Part shown: in pieces, positions 44,836 to 55,651 of the stretch
How the letters are laid out: every line of letters starts with the position of its first letter
Position numbering within the stretch: position 1 is the first letter of the stretch
NCBI GenBank assembly: GCA_018985235.1
Contig: JADGIG010000006.1
Coordinates: 1 to 64,000 of the forward strand
From: Sanchytrium tribonematis
Taxonomy: Eukaryota
Length of the DNA: 64,000 nucleotides
Reading direction: 5' to 3'
The notes under the pieces: model-generated
What the model was told of the DNA's origin: nothing
Databases searched by the model: none
The model's input: the letters and a program-made list of their open reading frames with translations, nothing else
Translations under genes and position numbers: made by a program

Positions 44836-46641
44836 ATGGAATTATTCAATGAAATTAAATTGAATATCGAGGGAGTGGAGGTAATTCAAAAGAAGCTTGT
44901 AGGTTATTCTATGGGTGTTCCATGCTTGATGGAGCCACTTCTTGTTGCTCAATATATAAAAAATGAAAACATAATTTACAAAGTACAAGATTCTGTCGAG
45001 CCTTTTATTGAAAGAAAGGAGATAATTCATGATTTTATACAGATAGATCGAACTTTTTATTTCATCACAGAATTAGGACTATACAAATATCTTGATGGAG
45101 AAACAACAACCATTGTAGAGGGAAATTTTAGGGAATTGCAACCAGAGTTTGCCTTGGATATTGACAAGAACAAATACGATCTTCAGGGGACACTTCTTCA
45201 AAAGGGTACTCCAAAAGTGTATAGAAATTACAAGACTGTAAAGGATACAAGTTCAAATGAATTGTACGAAGAATTTTTACAATTACCACAAAACATCAAA
45301 GAATTGGTTCAAGAATTCTTACACAAGGAGCAAAGCGTAAAAAAATGGTTGGATCTGAGCGAATTTAACCCAACAGAATCCCAAAAGGCTGAAATGTCCC
45401 AGATGGACTATACAGTCAAAAAAAATTCACAAATTGAGCTAAATGCTCAAACTTCTAGAATTAAGGAAAAGCAAAATCAGAGGTTTGAGGCACTAAAAGA
45501 AATCAATACCCTCAAAAAACAGAAGCCCAAGAGAGATCATCTTCAAAGAAACGAGAAAAGGCAACAACTTGGAGTATTGGACCACATAGAACGATACAAA
45601 GGAAACAAAGATTTATATTTTGAAATTGCTCGGCAGATGGAATCGCCAAAAAACCAATTGATATTATCGCTTTTGGCAATGGATATTGATCATTTTCATA
45701 CTTTTGCAAATTTGAACAAATCAATTTTGAAAGAATATATTACAATTGATTTTGAAGTGAAAGTAATAGCACAACATTTAGAAGAAGCCAGAGAAGATCT
45801 TAAGCGGGTCAAAGCAGAGCTAAGGAAGAAGACAGAGGACAATCAGGACTATTTAGAGCAGCAAAAGCAAATATATAATCAAATCAAAGCAGCTTATTCT
45901 GATCAAATCAAAATTAAGGAAAAGGTTTTGCAGGAACTAAATCAGCAGTATGAAAAATACATGAATGATATTCCTTTATGGTCCATGAACTGCCTTGCCT
46001 GGTCAGACGAAATTTTTTCAAATAATAATGAAATTGGAAGGAAACAGTTTTTTATTATTTCACAGGAAGAATATTTAAATATGTGCAATCTATTAGAAAA
46101 CCAGAAAGTAAAGCACGAAGATACCAGAGCTCAGAAGTTTAAACTTCACAGACAATTTAATGTCAAGCAAAGCGATAAACAAGTTGTCGAAAAAAATATT
46201 GTACAGTTAAAATCAGATATCGCAAATGAATTGTATTACAAATTTGGGCGAGAATTATCTTTAGAAGAAGCTGAAAATCTTATAATGAGTCATAAGGATG
46301 AACCTGTTGCACCACCTGAGAAAATGGATCCACAGATTTTAGTGGTACAAAATGAAATTGAAAAAACAAGGAAAGAATACAATCATCTATTACTTGAACA
46401 AAGTGAACTTGCCGACGAGGTTTTTGCATTAAATTCAAAATACATTAGTAAAATTGATGTTGAGCCACCAACCAAATATCCAACAAAATCTGAAGTGGTA
46501 AGCGATATTATATCAGCGCAACAAAGAAACCACGATTTGGAAAAAAATCTAAACGAGATTCTTATTGATATTGAAGACTTGAAGGTATACCCATCACGTT
46601 CAAAGTACTATTTCGATAAATGGGCGCCGCATGATCAATAA
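44836..46641 (+). CDS. Coiled-coil protein with CFAP44-like C-terminus (shortened, divergent)
   Basis: KYMNDIPL..., LHRQF....SDKQ..EKNI.QL....YKFGRELSLEE pattern recalled from CFAP44. Confidence 0.5.
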   Translation: MELFNEIKLNIEGVEVIQKKLVGYSMGVPCLMEPLLVAQYIKNENIIYKVQDSVEPFIERKEIIHDFIQIDRTFYFITELGLYKYLDGETTTIVEGNFRELQPEFALDIDKNKYDLQGTLLQKGTPKVYRNYKTVKDTSSNELYEEFLQLPQNIKELVQEFLHKEQSVKKWLDLSEFNPTESQKAEMSQMDYTVKKNSQIELNAQTSRIKEKQNQRFEALKEINTLKKQKPKRDHLQRNEKRQQLGVLDHIERYKGNKDLYFEIARQMESPKNQLILSLLAMDIDHFHTFANLNKSILKEYITIDFEVKVIAQHLEEAREDLKRVKAELRKKTEDNQDYLEQQKQIYNQIKAAYSDQIKIKEKVLQELNQQYEKYMNDIPLWSMNCLAWSDEIFSNNNEIGRKQFFIISQEEYLNMCNLLENQKVKHEDTRAQKFKLHRQFNVKQSDKQVVEKNIVQLKSDIANELYYKFGRELSLEEAENLIMSHKDEPVAPPEKMDPQILVVQNEIEKTRKEYNHLLLEQSELADEVFALNSKYISKIDVEPPTKYPTKSEVVSDIISAQQRNHDLEKNLNEILIDIEDLKVYPSRSKYYFDKWAPHDQ

Positions 46642-46697
46642 ATATAACATGCGTTTAAACAAAACAATTGACGCCCCTTTTGCAACTTAAAAAGTCC

Positions 46698-47567
46698 ATG
46701 TCAATTAATCAATGGGATTTTACGTTGAAAGAGTTTCCTTCAGCAGTGGCATACTTACATCTTTCCCCCATCATCGAAATTAAAAATACGACATGTGCAT
46801 TGGCACCCATTGATCAAAACACATTTATCGGATGCATGACTACTTTTCAAGATCTTTCATTTGCTGGAATTAAGGCAGACATGGTAAAGATGTGTAATGA
46901 CAATTGCGTGAGAGTCATCAATTTGTGGCATAATTGTATGGTCTCTCCAAATGTCAGCTACGCGCATCCAGATTTATTGAGCCAATATTATAGAAGTGCC
47001 TGCGTCACACATCCATCTCAGGGTTATAATTGCCTGACTAGTAGATTAGAATACATGGAGAGCAAAGGAAATTCCATTCAAGATTATTTAAATAATAATG
47101 AGGGTGGTGTCTATCAGTGTGACAGTTGCACCCGAGAGAGTATGAGAGCAGCCCTGCAATCTACTGATTATTTGTCTACATTCCAATTACAAGATTATGG
47201 TGTGGACACACTCAATAAGGCACAAAGCCGTATTACAGGGCAATGTGGTAAGGCATGGGATCAGTTGGTAGACCCAAAACCACTAGAAATGTGGCAGATA
47301 GCTTTTATTATAGCTGGTTCTATCGTGGGACTTTTACTAGTTATCTTGGCGGTCTATTGTTGTGTTAAACGACGAAAGCGAAATAAGTTATTGAGGCCAC
47401 CAAATGAACCTGCACGTGATTCTGCCACTACTCTCTTGCCGCCACCGTCCAATATATCGCATGGCAAGTCGAGCAAGACTGTCTCATCCACAAAAGCAGA
47501 TCACTATTCAGCTATTCAAAAGAATTATGATCCATTTGAAGAGTACAAAGTGAGTACTTTTCAATAA
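46698..47567 (+). CDS. Cys-rich single-pass membrane protein
   Basis: Cys-rich ectodomain, TM IAFIIAGSIVGLLLVILAVY, basic KRRKR stop-transfer. Confidence 0.75.
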   Translation: MSINQWDFTLKEFPSAVAYLHLSPIIEIKNTTCALAPIDQNTFIGCMTTFQDLSFAGIKADMVKMCNDNCVRVINLWHNCMVSPNVSYAHPDLLSQYYRSACVTHPSQGYNCLTSRLEYMESKGNSIQDYLNNNEGGVYQCDSCTRESMRAALQSTDYLSTFQLQDYGVDTLNKAQSRITGQCGKAWDQLVDPKPLEMWQIAFIIAGSIVGLLLVILAVYCCVKRRKRNKLLRPPNEPARDSATTLLPPPSNISHGKSSKTVSSTKADHYSAIQKNYDPFEEYKVSTFQ

Positions 47568-47791
47568 ATTTATGATTGCAATTTTTCCTTCTCAAAAAAT
47601 TTATCGTAATGATCAATCACCTCGATTGCGTCATGGCAGCCTGAAAAGATACCGATCGCCATGTTGTAATCATCATTAAGGGGTATCATGCCAATCTATG
47701 TTATCCAATCGTTATCATTGTGGGGTAATATCTCGTGATAGCGGGGCAAATAAATTTAACTGTCTCCCATCCCCATAATTGTGTACTTCTG

Positions 47792-48973
47792 ATGGCTTCA
47801 AACGTAATGTTAATGCTATATTTGCTAAGTTTAGTTAGTGCTCAAGATTATTATCAACCGGATTTAAAAGTACTACAGAGTGTTAACAATGCCATGAAAT
47901 CAGATCCAGATTTTAAAGTGAGAATAGAAAATGCTCACATTGATCCGCTCGCATTTAACCATTATACATTCATAGAAGGAACCAAAGATTGGCCTGCATG
48001 TAATACAGATGAGAATCCTCGAGAAAAGAAAACTCCAATTTTTTTGATTGTGCAGCCAAATGATGTGGTCGATCTTTCCAAACTATTTACCAAAGATGCT
48101 GATACATGGGCAGATGAATTTGAAAATTCATTAAAGAGTTTCAGATGGAGAGGTGATGATCAAGTGAAACACATTTGTGGTGAAGGTAAAGAGGGCAGCG
48201 CTGAATCATATACGAATATATTTAATAAGGAAATGATGCCAATCACATTGAATGTCAATAACGATGAGTGGAAGAATGATAGAATGAACCTCAATTTTGT
48301 CTTGGATGTTGACGAAACTTTAGTACATCGAAGATATGATCCCGAAATTAATGTATGGAATGCAAATGCACAATACACGAAAGACAATCCTCATGTCACT
48401 GTGAAAGATGACTTTTTAGGATGCACTTGGGTGACTTTTATGAACCCAGAAAAGCAATTGCAGACTATATGTACCACTTTAAGAGAAGGAGCTCATGAAA
48501 TGATTAAAGAATTAGATAAGAAGGTTTTTTTGTATGTGTGGACGATGAGTAACAGAGACAGAACTGAAAAAGTCTTGGGTCACTTTGATCTTAGGAAATA
48601 TTTTCATGATTTAATCACTCACGAAAATTTGACTCCAAATCCCAAACTTCCAGAGATTCAGATGAAAGCTATACAGAAGCTTTTTACCTTGGAAAAATTT
48701 AATTTTCAAAATACTTTTCATGTTGATGACAGAACTGGGCCATTTATTTTAAACCAATTGAATGGAATCCGAGTTGGACAATATCTGGGCTCTATATACG
48801 ATACACAGCTATTGCAATTAAAGCAGGTGTTCAAGTGGATGATTTTATGCTTTGATATTACGCTTGATATTCAAAAGTGTATTGCTCATATGAAAGTGAG
48901 ATTGCCCGGTGTATTTGATGGTTACAATCCCAAAGAGAATGCTTTTGAAAAAGCACACGAACCCAAACAATAA
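47792..48973 (+). CDS. FCP1/SCP (NIF) HAD-family phosphatase with putative signal peptide
   Basis: FVLDVDETLVH (DxDxT), LREGAHE, VWT, K, HVDDR, NGI; N-terminus MLMLYLLSLVSA|Q. Confidence 0.85.
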   Translation: MASNVMLMLYLLSLVSAQDYYQPDLKVLQSVNNAMKSDPDFKVRIENAHIDPLAFNHYTFIEGTKDWPACNTDENPREKKTPIFLIVQPNDVVDLSKLFTKDADTWADEFENSLKSFRWRGDDQVKHICGEGKEGSAESYTNIFNKEMMPITLNVNNDEWKNDRMNLNFVLDVDETLVHRRYDPEINVWNANAQYTKDNPHVTVKDDFLGCTWVTFMNPEKQLQTICTTLREGAHEMIKELDKKVFLYVWTMSNRDRTEKVLGHFDLRKYFHDLITHENLTPNPKLPEIQMKAIQKLFTLEKFNFQNTFHVDDRTGPFILNQLNGIRVGQYLGSIYDTQLLQLKQVFKWMILCFDITLDIQKCIAHMKVRLPGVFDGYNPKENAFEKAHEPKQ

Positions 48974-49289
48974 AATATTAATTGATTTATTCGAAAAGGA
49001 GCAGTCTACATGAGAGAAAAAAGTTCATCGCAAAAAAAGCATCAGGATAAAAGTGAATTCTCTGAACTGAGTCAACACTGAAATTATCAGCATGGTGCAT
49101 TTATAGTCTTGACAATTACTTACCTTGATATGATTATATAGACTTGTACAGTTTCGACAACATATGAGACTTAAATTTTAGTTCAAAAATCTAAATTAGA
49201 AAAGTGGATAAGGAAACCATATGTCATTCATTGATCAGTGTGGTGGTGCGTTTTCGTCCTTTCCAAAATACTTACGAATTTAATAGTTC

Positions 49290-49393
49290 TTCTTTGCTTT
49301 GACAATCAAGGGCAAAATTATGAAAGGGATATTTTCACGTGTTTTCATTCACAACACCTTGAAACATTTGTCCTGAATATTTTAGGTAAGTTC
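49290..49393 (-). ncRNA. Weak candidate for a minimal U1-like snRNA
   Basis: Minus strand ACTTACCT (49391-49384), then an Sm-site-like ATAATTTTG (49321-49313) and a weak hairpin, in a non-coding gap; canonical U1 loops not recognisable. Confidence 0.15.
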
Positions 49394-49618
49394 TTTGCGC
49401 AGACGATTAACCCAGCTCTTTGATGACTGACAGTATTTAAAGGTTAAGTGGCTGAGTAACTTTTTAATGTAGGTAAAACTATTATAATAATAATTTGACA
49501 AGCATATGTAATAGGCCACTAATTTTGAAATGATATTTAGAATTCTACCAAAATAAAAGTCTTTTTATACTTTACTTCTTTAAAATTGACAACTAATTCC
49601 CTGTAAAATTAAAGGGTC

Positions 49619-50176
49619 ATGCGAGGAGGAAATTCTTTTGGTCAAAGAGGCGGCAACAGAGGTTTTTCTAGAGGCGGCAGAGGTGGATCTAGAGGAGGAC
49701 GTGGCGGAAGACAATCCTTTGATAGATTTCAAGGCAATCCAATGCAGCCTGACAATATTGAAAAATTAGGATCTGTATCACACACTTGTGAAGGACAACT
49801 GATTGTCAAATCAGAGAATGTTAGAATCCCATATTTTAATGCATTTGTATTTACATCTACCAAGCAAGCTATGGGCAAAGTTGATGAGATATTGGGCCCG
49901 ATTAATCAGGTACTACTTAGCGTTACTCTTCAAGATGGTTTTGTAGCTACATCTTTTAAAAAAGGGGACGAAGTCTATATTTCCGATGACAAATTATTGC
50001 CATTAGAAAGGTTTTTACCAAAACCGAAGGAGATTAAGCAAAAGTCTGCTGGTGGCCGTGGTAGAGGTCGAGGCCAAAGAGGTGGTCGTGGTCGCGGCGG
50101 TCCTAGAGGGTTCTCTAGAGGCGGAAATCGCGGATTTTCTAGAGGTGGCAGAGGTAATGGAAGAGGTCGATATTAA
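49619..50176 (+). CDS. GAR1: H/ACA snoRNP subunit Gar1
   Basis: RGG arms flanking HTCEG, IPYFNA, GKVDEILGPIN, KLLPLERFLPKP. Confidence 0.97.
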   Translation: MRGGNSFGQRGGNRGFSRGGRGGSRGGRGGRQSFDRFQGNPMQPDNIEKLGSVSHTCEGQLIVKSENVRIPYFNAFVFTSTKQAMGKVDEILGPINQVLLSVTLQDGFVATSFKKGDEVYISDDKLLPLERFLPKPKEIKQKSAGGRGRGRGQRGGRGRGGPRGFSRGGNRGFSRGGRGNGRGRY

Positions 50177-50221
50177 GCACAATAAAATATTAAATTCTAG
50201 TTTCATTACTCCTTCATTTTA

Positions 50222-50866
50222 ATGCATCGTTCTGCAATATATTCATTATTAAGAGAGGCAGTTCAGGCAGAAAATTTGGCATTTGTTAATTTAAAGCAGC
50301 GCCTACCTATATACACAGAATCACGGAATATCTTGATTGACATTCAGAGCGTGAAAAATCAAGAAAAGTATTATCTTGGATATTTGGATGGGATTGCGGA
50401 TATGCAGGAAATTTATATAGATCAACTTCGCAAACTGAACCCAGATTTTGAAAAGTCGAAAAGTAACGCCTCGGCTCCAATGAATTATATACCAACTTAT
50501 GAACAAACTGCTGAGATATTGAGAAATTATGATAAGCAGAAGAATCGTACCTTCTTGATCGGAACTTCAATGATTGCACTCGCGATCCTTTTCTCTATAT
50601 ATGATCGAGAGTTCTTATTTAATTATTTTAAAGATAATTCCAGTGCCGAAAAGTCTTTAAAAATTTTCACAGGGGCCTCTGCCTTAGGAATAGGATTCAT
50701 TGGGATTCGTTTTCGATATCTAAGATTCTCTTGTGATAGAAAATGTAGAGCAGTTTTAAGAGAAGCAAATGTCAAGGCAGAAAATCACCTTAAATTTTTG
50801 GTTTCCAATTCAAAGGCTCAAATGATGAGGATGGTTGTATTTAAAGAAATAGAAGTAAAAAATTAA
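50222..50866 (+). CDS. Hypothetical two-TM membrane protein
   Basis: 214-aa ORF with two hydrophobic segments. Confidence 0.6.
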   Translation: MHRSAIYSLLREAVQAENLAFVNLKQRLPIYTESRNILIDIQSVKNQEKYYLGYLDGIADMQEIYIDQLRKLNPDFEKSKSNASAPMNYIPTYEQTAEILRNYDKQKNRTFLIGTSMIALAILFSIYDREFLFNYFKDNSSAEKSLKIFTGASALGIGFIGIRFRYLRFSCDRKCRAVLREANVKAENHLKFLVSNSKAQMMRMVVFKEIEVKN

Positions 50867-50881
50867 ATTTCAATCAGAAAT

Positions 50882-51319
50882 TTATTGTTTTGCAACTTTA
50901 GTAAGACTTGTAGCAATAGTGTCCGCTTCCTTTTGTCCTAGCTTGGTAATTCGACGTCCGTTATCAGTAATATTAACATATCCAAGTTTTTGTAACCCTT
51001 GAAGAGCTTTTCTGATGATACCTGTAGATGCTTTAAGATGCTTGCTAGGACGACTTCCTCTTCTGAATTTTGCACCATAATAGTCTGAGAGTCTTCCAAC
51101 CCCTGCGGAAGTTCTTGATCTACGATGTACATATAGTTGACGGATGATGGATGCAACTCTAACATAATACCAATCTGGATTAGAAGGTGGTAATTCTTTG
51201 CTTAAACTAGTTTTGACAATGTCAACCCATGATGGAATTTCTAATTTGTTTTGTTTCTTTAAATGTTGTGCGAATGCATTAATAAATTTGTCGGCTGCAA
51301 CGTCGTTGACAGAAACCAT
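50882..51319 (-). CDS. RPS19: 40S ribosomal protein S19 (eS19)
   Basis: VSVNDV, PSWVDIVKT..KELPP..PDWYYVR.AS, GRRIT..GQ. Confidence 0.97.
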   Translation of the reverse strand: MVSVNDVAADKFINAFAQHLKKQNKLEIPSWVDIVKTSLSKELPPSNPDWYYVRVASIIRQLYVHRRSRTSAGVGRLSDYYGAKFRRGSRPSKHLKASTGIIRKALQGLQKLGYVNITDNGRRITKLGQKEADTIATSLTKVAKQ

Positions 51320-51359
51320 GTTGAATATAACTTACAATTCCGAGATAAAGATTTGAAAA

Positions 51360-51365
51360 CACGTG
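51360..51365. promoter_or_regulatory. CACGTG (Cbf1/E-box) upstream of RPS19
   Basis: About 41 nt upstream of the ATG. Confidence 0.5.
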
Positions 51366-51786
51366 AATACCTACTGAAACAAATCACCCATTCTCATAAT
51401 TTTAGAAAGTCTCTTTTAAAGAATTTAGCGGCAAAGTAAAGTAGTTGGTGTAATATAAACGAAGCTACTGAAGCACATCGAGAGGTTTGTCAATCAATTG
51501 GCAGTCAGTTTATTTACTCCGAAAAATTAAAATTTGGAATTTCTGACAAAGTTGGAATTATATTCAGGTCAAAGCAATGATTCTATGAACTAGTCGTAAG
51601 ATACAAACGACAGGGAATTGTTTAGGGAGCTATAAAATTTTATCAGATGACAATAAGCTGGATCATCTTTTTATATTAAGTCAGATAATCCGTGTGCAAG
51701 GCCTCAATTCTATTAAAACGGAAAATAGGACCTGTAAATTGTCAATCAATAAATCACATCATTTTGAAACCCCTAAAACAGACTTC

Positions 51787-52326
51787 ATGAGCACACCTTT
51801 AGCAAGACAACAATTTTCTCCACAGTTAGAAACAGCTATCAATAAGCACCTTAAGTTAGAATTGAACGCGTCGTCAGCATATATGGCAATGAGTTTATAC
51901 TGCCAAAGGGACTCCGTTGCTTTAGATGGATTGGCTGAATATTTTAAGAAGCAAGCTATTGAAGAACGAGAGCACATGATGGAATTGGCCGAGTATATTG
52001 TCAAAAGAGGAGGCGTTGCAATTGTCCCTCATGTTGATCAACCGGTTCATGTATTCAACAAGGCACAATCTATTGACGGAAATGACGCTAAATTTTTGGT
52101 TGAGACGGCATTGGAGTTGGAAAAACTTGTTAACCAAGCTTTATTAGACGTTCATAAGGTTGGTGAAACTGATCCACAGTTTCAAGATTTTTTGGAAGGC
52201 AAATTTCTTTTGGAGCAAGTGGAGTCCATCAAAGAGTTAGCCAACTATGTTTCTCAGCTGAATAAGGTTGGTGACGGCTTAGGTGCCCACTTGTGGGACC
52301 AAGAACTTTTGAGAAAGTTTAAGTAA
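51787..52326 (+). CDS. Ferritin (H-type)
   Basis: ARQQF..E.AIN..ELNAS..Y, EEREH, KRGG, ALELEK.VNQ.LL..H, DFLE..FL.EQVESIK. Confidence 0.95.
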   Translation: MSTPLARQQFSPQLETAINKHLKLELNASSAYMAMSLYCQRDSVALDGLAEYFKKQAIEEREHMMELAEYIVKRGGVAIVPHVDQPVHVFNKAQSIDGNDAKFLVETALELEKLVNQALLDVHKVGETDPQFQDFLEGKFLLEQVESIKELANYVSQLNKVGDGLGAHLWDQELLRKFK

Positions 52327-52375
52327 TAAATGATTTAAGTAAAAACAAAATTTACTGGAAATTGTTTATTTTTGG

Positions 52376-52866
<491 letters not shown>

Positions 52867-53057
52867 TTATTGTTTCGAGCGGAGTGAATTCTGGAAGAAA
52901 AAAGAGAAACATTATCAATTATTGTGTCAGATATTACTGCTTTTGTTTTTTAAACTGAATTAGCATGCAACTTTTGCTGTTAACAAAAAAGTGAGTTACG
53001 TCAGTAAAACACTGCAACACTAAACAGCAAACTTAAAAGGCAGACGAATTTTATTAT

Positions 53058-53414
53058 TTAAGCAATGTCGTCTGGGACCTTAATGGGTTGCGCATCGAGA
53101 TGAATTGAATCTTTTTTCATAAGTGCAAACATCGAGACACATTTCAAAATCAGTAAGGTTATTGTCATAAACATGCCAAACCCACTTGCCATTTGAAAAA
53201 TCAGATATAAAATATCTAGCGGACATGTGATAACCAGTAGGGCTCCGCTCAACGAATAGTAATCTTTAAATGTTAAATAATAAAATAATAACACCGGCAA
53301 ATTGTAGCTTGGGAAACTAGAGTGTAGGCCACCTATCAATGAGCATCCTATCAAGGTATAGAGTATGGTTTGTTTGTCAATAGATTCAATATGATTCTGC
53401 ATTTGACTCTGCAT
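53058..53414 (-). CDS. Small multi-TM membrane protein
   Basis: 118-aa hydrophobic ORF (YNLP, LDI, LILK motifs); stop followed by AATAAA. Confidence 0.6.
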   Translation of the reverse strand: MQSQMQNHIESIDKQTILYTLIGCSLIGGLHSSFPSYNLPVLLFYYLTFKDYYSLSGALLVITCPLDILYLIFQMASGFGMFMTITLLILKCVSMFALMKKDSIHLDAQPIKVPDDIA

Positions 53415-53456
53415 GTGTCGAAAAATATTGGGGAAAAAGAAACAAGACCAGATTAT

Positions 53457-53822
53457 TTATTTGAATTGGTCAATGATGAATTGAGATGCTTCAGTCTCTG
53501 CTCCCCATTTCTTAACAACAACGCACGAAGCTCTAACGACTTTTCTAGCATTTCCCTCACGGTCGTATTTGCACAAACCAGCCATTTCTCCTAATTTTTT
53601 GCCTTCAGGATATTTGACCATTCTGATTTGACCTTCCGTACATAGTGCTTCAATTAGTTGAGCGTACTCTTTGCTGTCACATTCTTCACTTAATACGCAC
53701 AAAACTGCTTGACGTCTGTCCAATGCTTTGACACATTCTCTTAGTCCTCTTGCTAACCCATCATGGTACAATGCGGTTCTTAAAACTGTTTGTAACGCTA
53801 ATTCGATATCCATACCCGTCAT
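53457..53822 (-). CDS. RPS12: 40S ribosomal protein S12 (eS12)
   Basis: [39 protein letters not shown]. Confidence 0.97.
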   Translation of the reverse strand: MTGMDIELALQTVLRTALYHDGLARGLRECVKALDRRQAVLCVLSEECDSKEYAQLIEALCTEGQIRMVKYPEGKKLGEMAGLCKYDREGNARKVVRASCVVVKKWGAETEASQFIIDQFK

Positions 53823-53880
53823 TACGATTTTTCACGCTCCTGGTTAATATTTATTCGTATTTGCAAAACTTTTTGATTCA

Positions 53881-53886
53881 CACGTG
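53881..53886. promoter_or_regulatory. CACGTG (Cbf1/E-box) upstream of RPS12
   Basis: About 59 nt upstream of the ATG. Confidence 0.5.
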
Positions 53887-54502
53887 AAAAGTTTTCGAAA
53901 CTGATATCCGAAGAGACTCCTTTATTTAAATATAATGAAAAAATTAATTGCCCACAGATTATCTATCACTTACAATTACGCTTGTCAGTTTTCATAAGTC
54001 ATTAGATTTTGATTTTCTTATCACAAACTATAAACTATTTTTTGACTTCGAATTTTGGCCATTTGGGTCATCGGATAATCACTACTAATGTCAAAGGATT
54101 GATTTTGCTCTAGCCAAGTAGATTGATAATCTACAGATATAATTTTACATTACATTCCCAATGTTTAGCCTGCAAAACCAAGACGCAAAATTAATCGAAA
54201 CATACGCATTACACACTTTTGCACTAATATTGATAGAATTACAGTTATCCTAGATTAACATAATTTTGTTCGACTTGACATGTGCATCGGATCTAAAGAA
54301 ATGCTGCAAAATAATTTGATGAAGTGGTCCAATTAGATCAGTTACATATGGCGATTGTGTGAGTCGTCACTCGCATTTCGTCGTGTTTGAAACCAATTGT
54401 ATTAGCCAACTTAATTTTGCCCAATCACTGAACCATCTAAGGACGTTGATGACGAGTTCCCTACTTTATAACATCCTCACACCCGCACTATAGAGGTATA
54501 AT

Positions 54503-54817
54503 ATGATGTTATCCCAATTGTTAAATATCGCGTTTGATCCAAGTACAATAGATTCTGACGAATTAGCATTCACAATATGCCAGACATTCAATATTGCTAG
54601 GATAAATGACAAGGATATATGCCGCTTGATAAATTTGTATGTAAGTGTACTGAGCAAGCACCAATTTGGTTCTTCTTTCGAATCTTTTTCCTTTATTATA
54701 GGATTATTGATATTATACAAAGTTCGACCCATTCATTATTTGTCATGGAACACTGGAATCTGTATTGAAGATTTGAATACCTTCTCGGAAATAGCAAATT
54801 GTTTAATGAAGAAATAA
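54503..54817 (+). CDS. Small hypothetical protein, faintly cyclin-box-like
   Basis: 104-aa ORF; LLILYK...SW..GICIEDLN; stop fused to AATAAA like real genes here. Confidence 0.4.
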   Translation: MMLSQLLNIAFDPSTIDSDELAFTICQTFNIARINDKDICRLINLYVSVLSKHQFGSSFESFSFIIGLLILYKVRPIHYLSWNTGICIEDLNTFSEIANCLMKK

Positions 54818-54830
54818 AATAAAGATTTAA

Positions 54831-55419
54831 TTACAATTCTTCTTTTCTCATTTCACGTCGTTTTAATTCTCTTTCAACGAATCGATCTTTCATGTCATCA
54901 TAACGTTCAGAAACTCTTTCCTTGACACGATCTTCCATTCCTTTCAATTGGTCGTCTAATTTTGTCATCATATCAGGTGTGATTGTTTTCTTTTGAACTG
55001 GTTTTTCTGGTCCTTCACCTCGATTGTACTTTGCATATCGATCAATTCCTAAATAAGTTAAAAATACCGCTCATGTCTTCGTACAAGCGGTGGAACATAT
55101 CGTGTGCCATACCTGTTGCAAAATCACTCATGTATTCATCAAATTGACGACGAGTGTCAGGATGGTCAAAATCGATTTCAGTGTCACTGACTTGTCTCTT
55201 TTTCTTTGGCTCTCTTTTAACAATTCTTGGGTCGGCTTCAGGTCCCATTTGGTCGAAACTTCGCTTATGTAAATAATTTAAATGATCCTCAACGGATTTC
55301 ATTGATCTTTCGTATAAACGCTTATATTTAGGGTGAACTGTAGGATCGTCCATGACTTCCCGCTTCTGAATGTGTCCTGGTCTAGCAAAAATCAAAGTTA
55401 ACAAAATTAATTGAAGCAT
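54831..55419 (-). CDS. Secretory-pathway protein with signal peptide and C-terminal KEEL; exons 55419-55068, 55048-54831
   Basis: MLQLILLTLIFA signal; spliced product ends RREMRKEEL*. Confidence 0.75.
55049..55067 (-). other. 19-nt intron gtatttttaacttatttag
   Basis: Removal opens a 218-nt last exon ending in KEEL*. Confidence 0.9.
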
Positions 55420-55651
55420 TTGTAACAAATAAGCGACGAAAAGTCTTTTTATTTAATGGCGTCTGTGACGTCACCGTTTTTCTTTAGAAGCCTTGCCTAA
55501 CATAAGACGATCTTTAAATACAGAGGTTGGAACATCGAAAACTTCAAGCTCGGCCATTTATAGATCACAAAAATTGACCAAGGCTTGAAATAAGTCTAAA
55601 TTAATTATTGCAAACACGATTTTTTCATAAAAAGACTTTTTATTGCGAGTA

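Noticed and set aside
51600..51786. Iron-responsive element upstream of ferritin
   Set aside because: No CAGUGN loop hairpin visible; the GATA-like sites present are too short to call.
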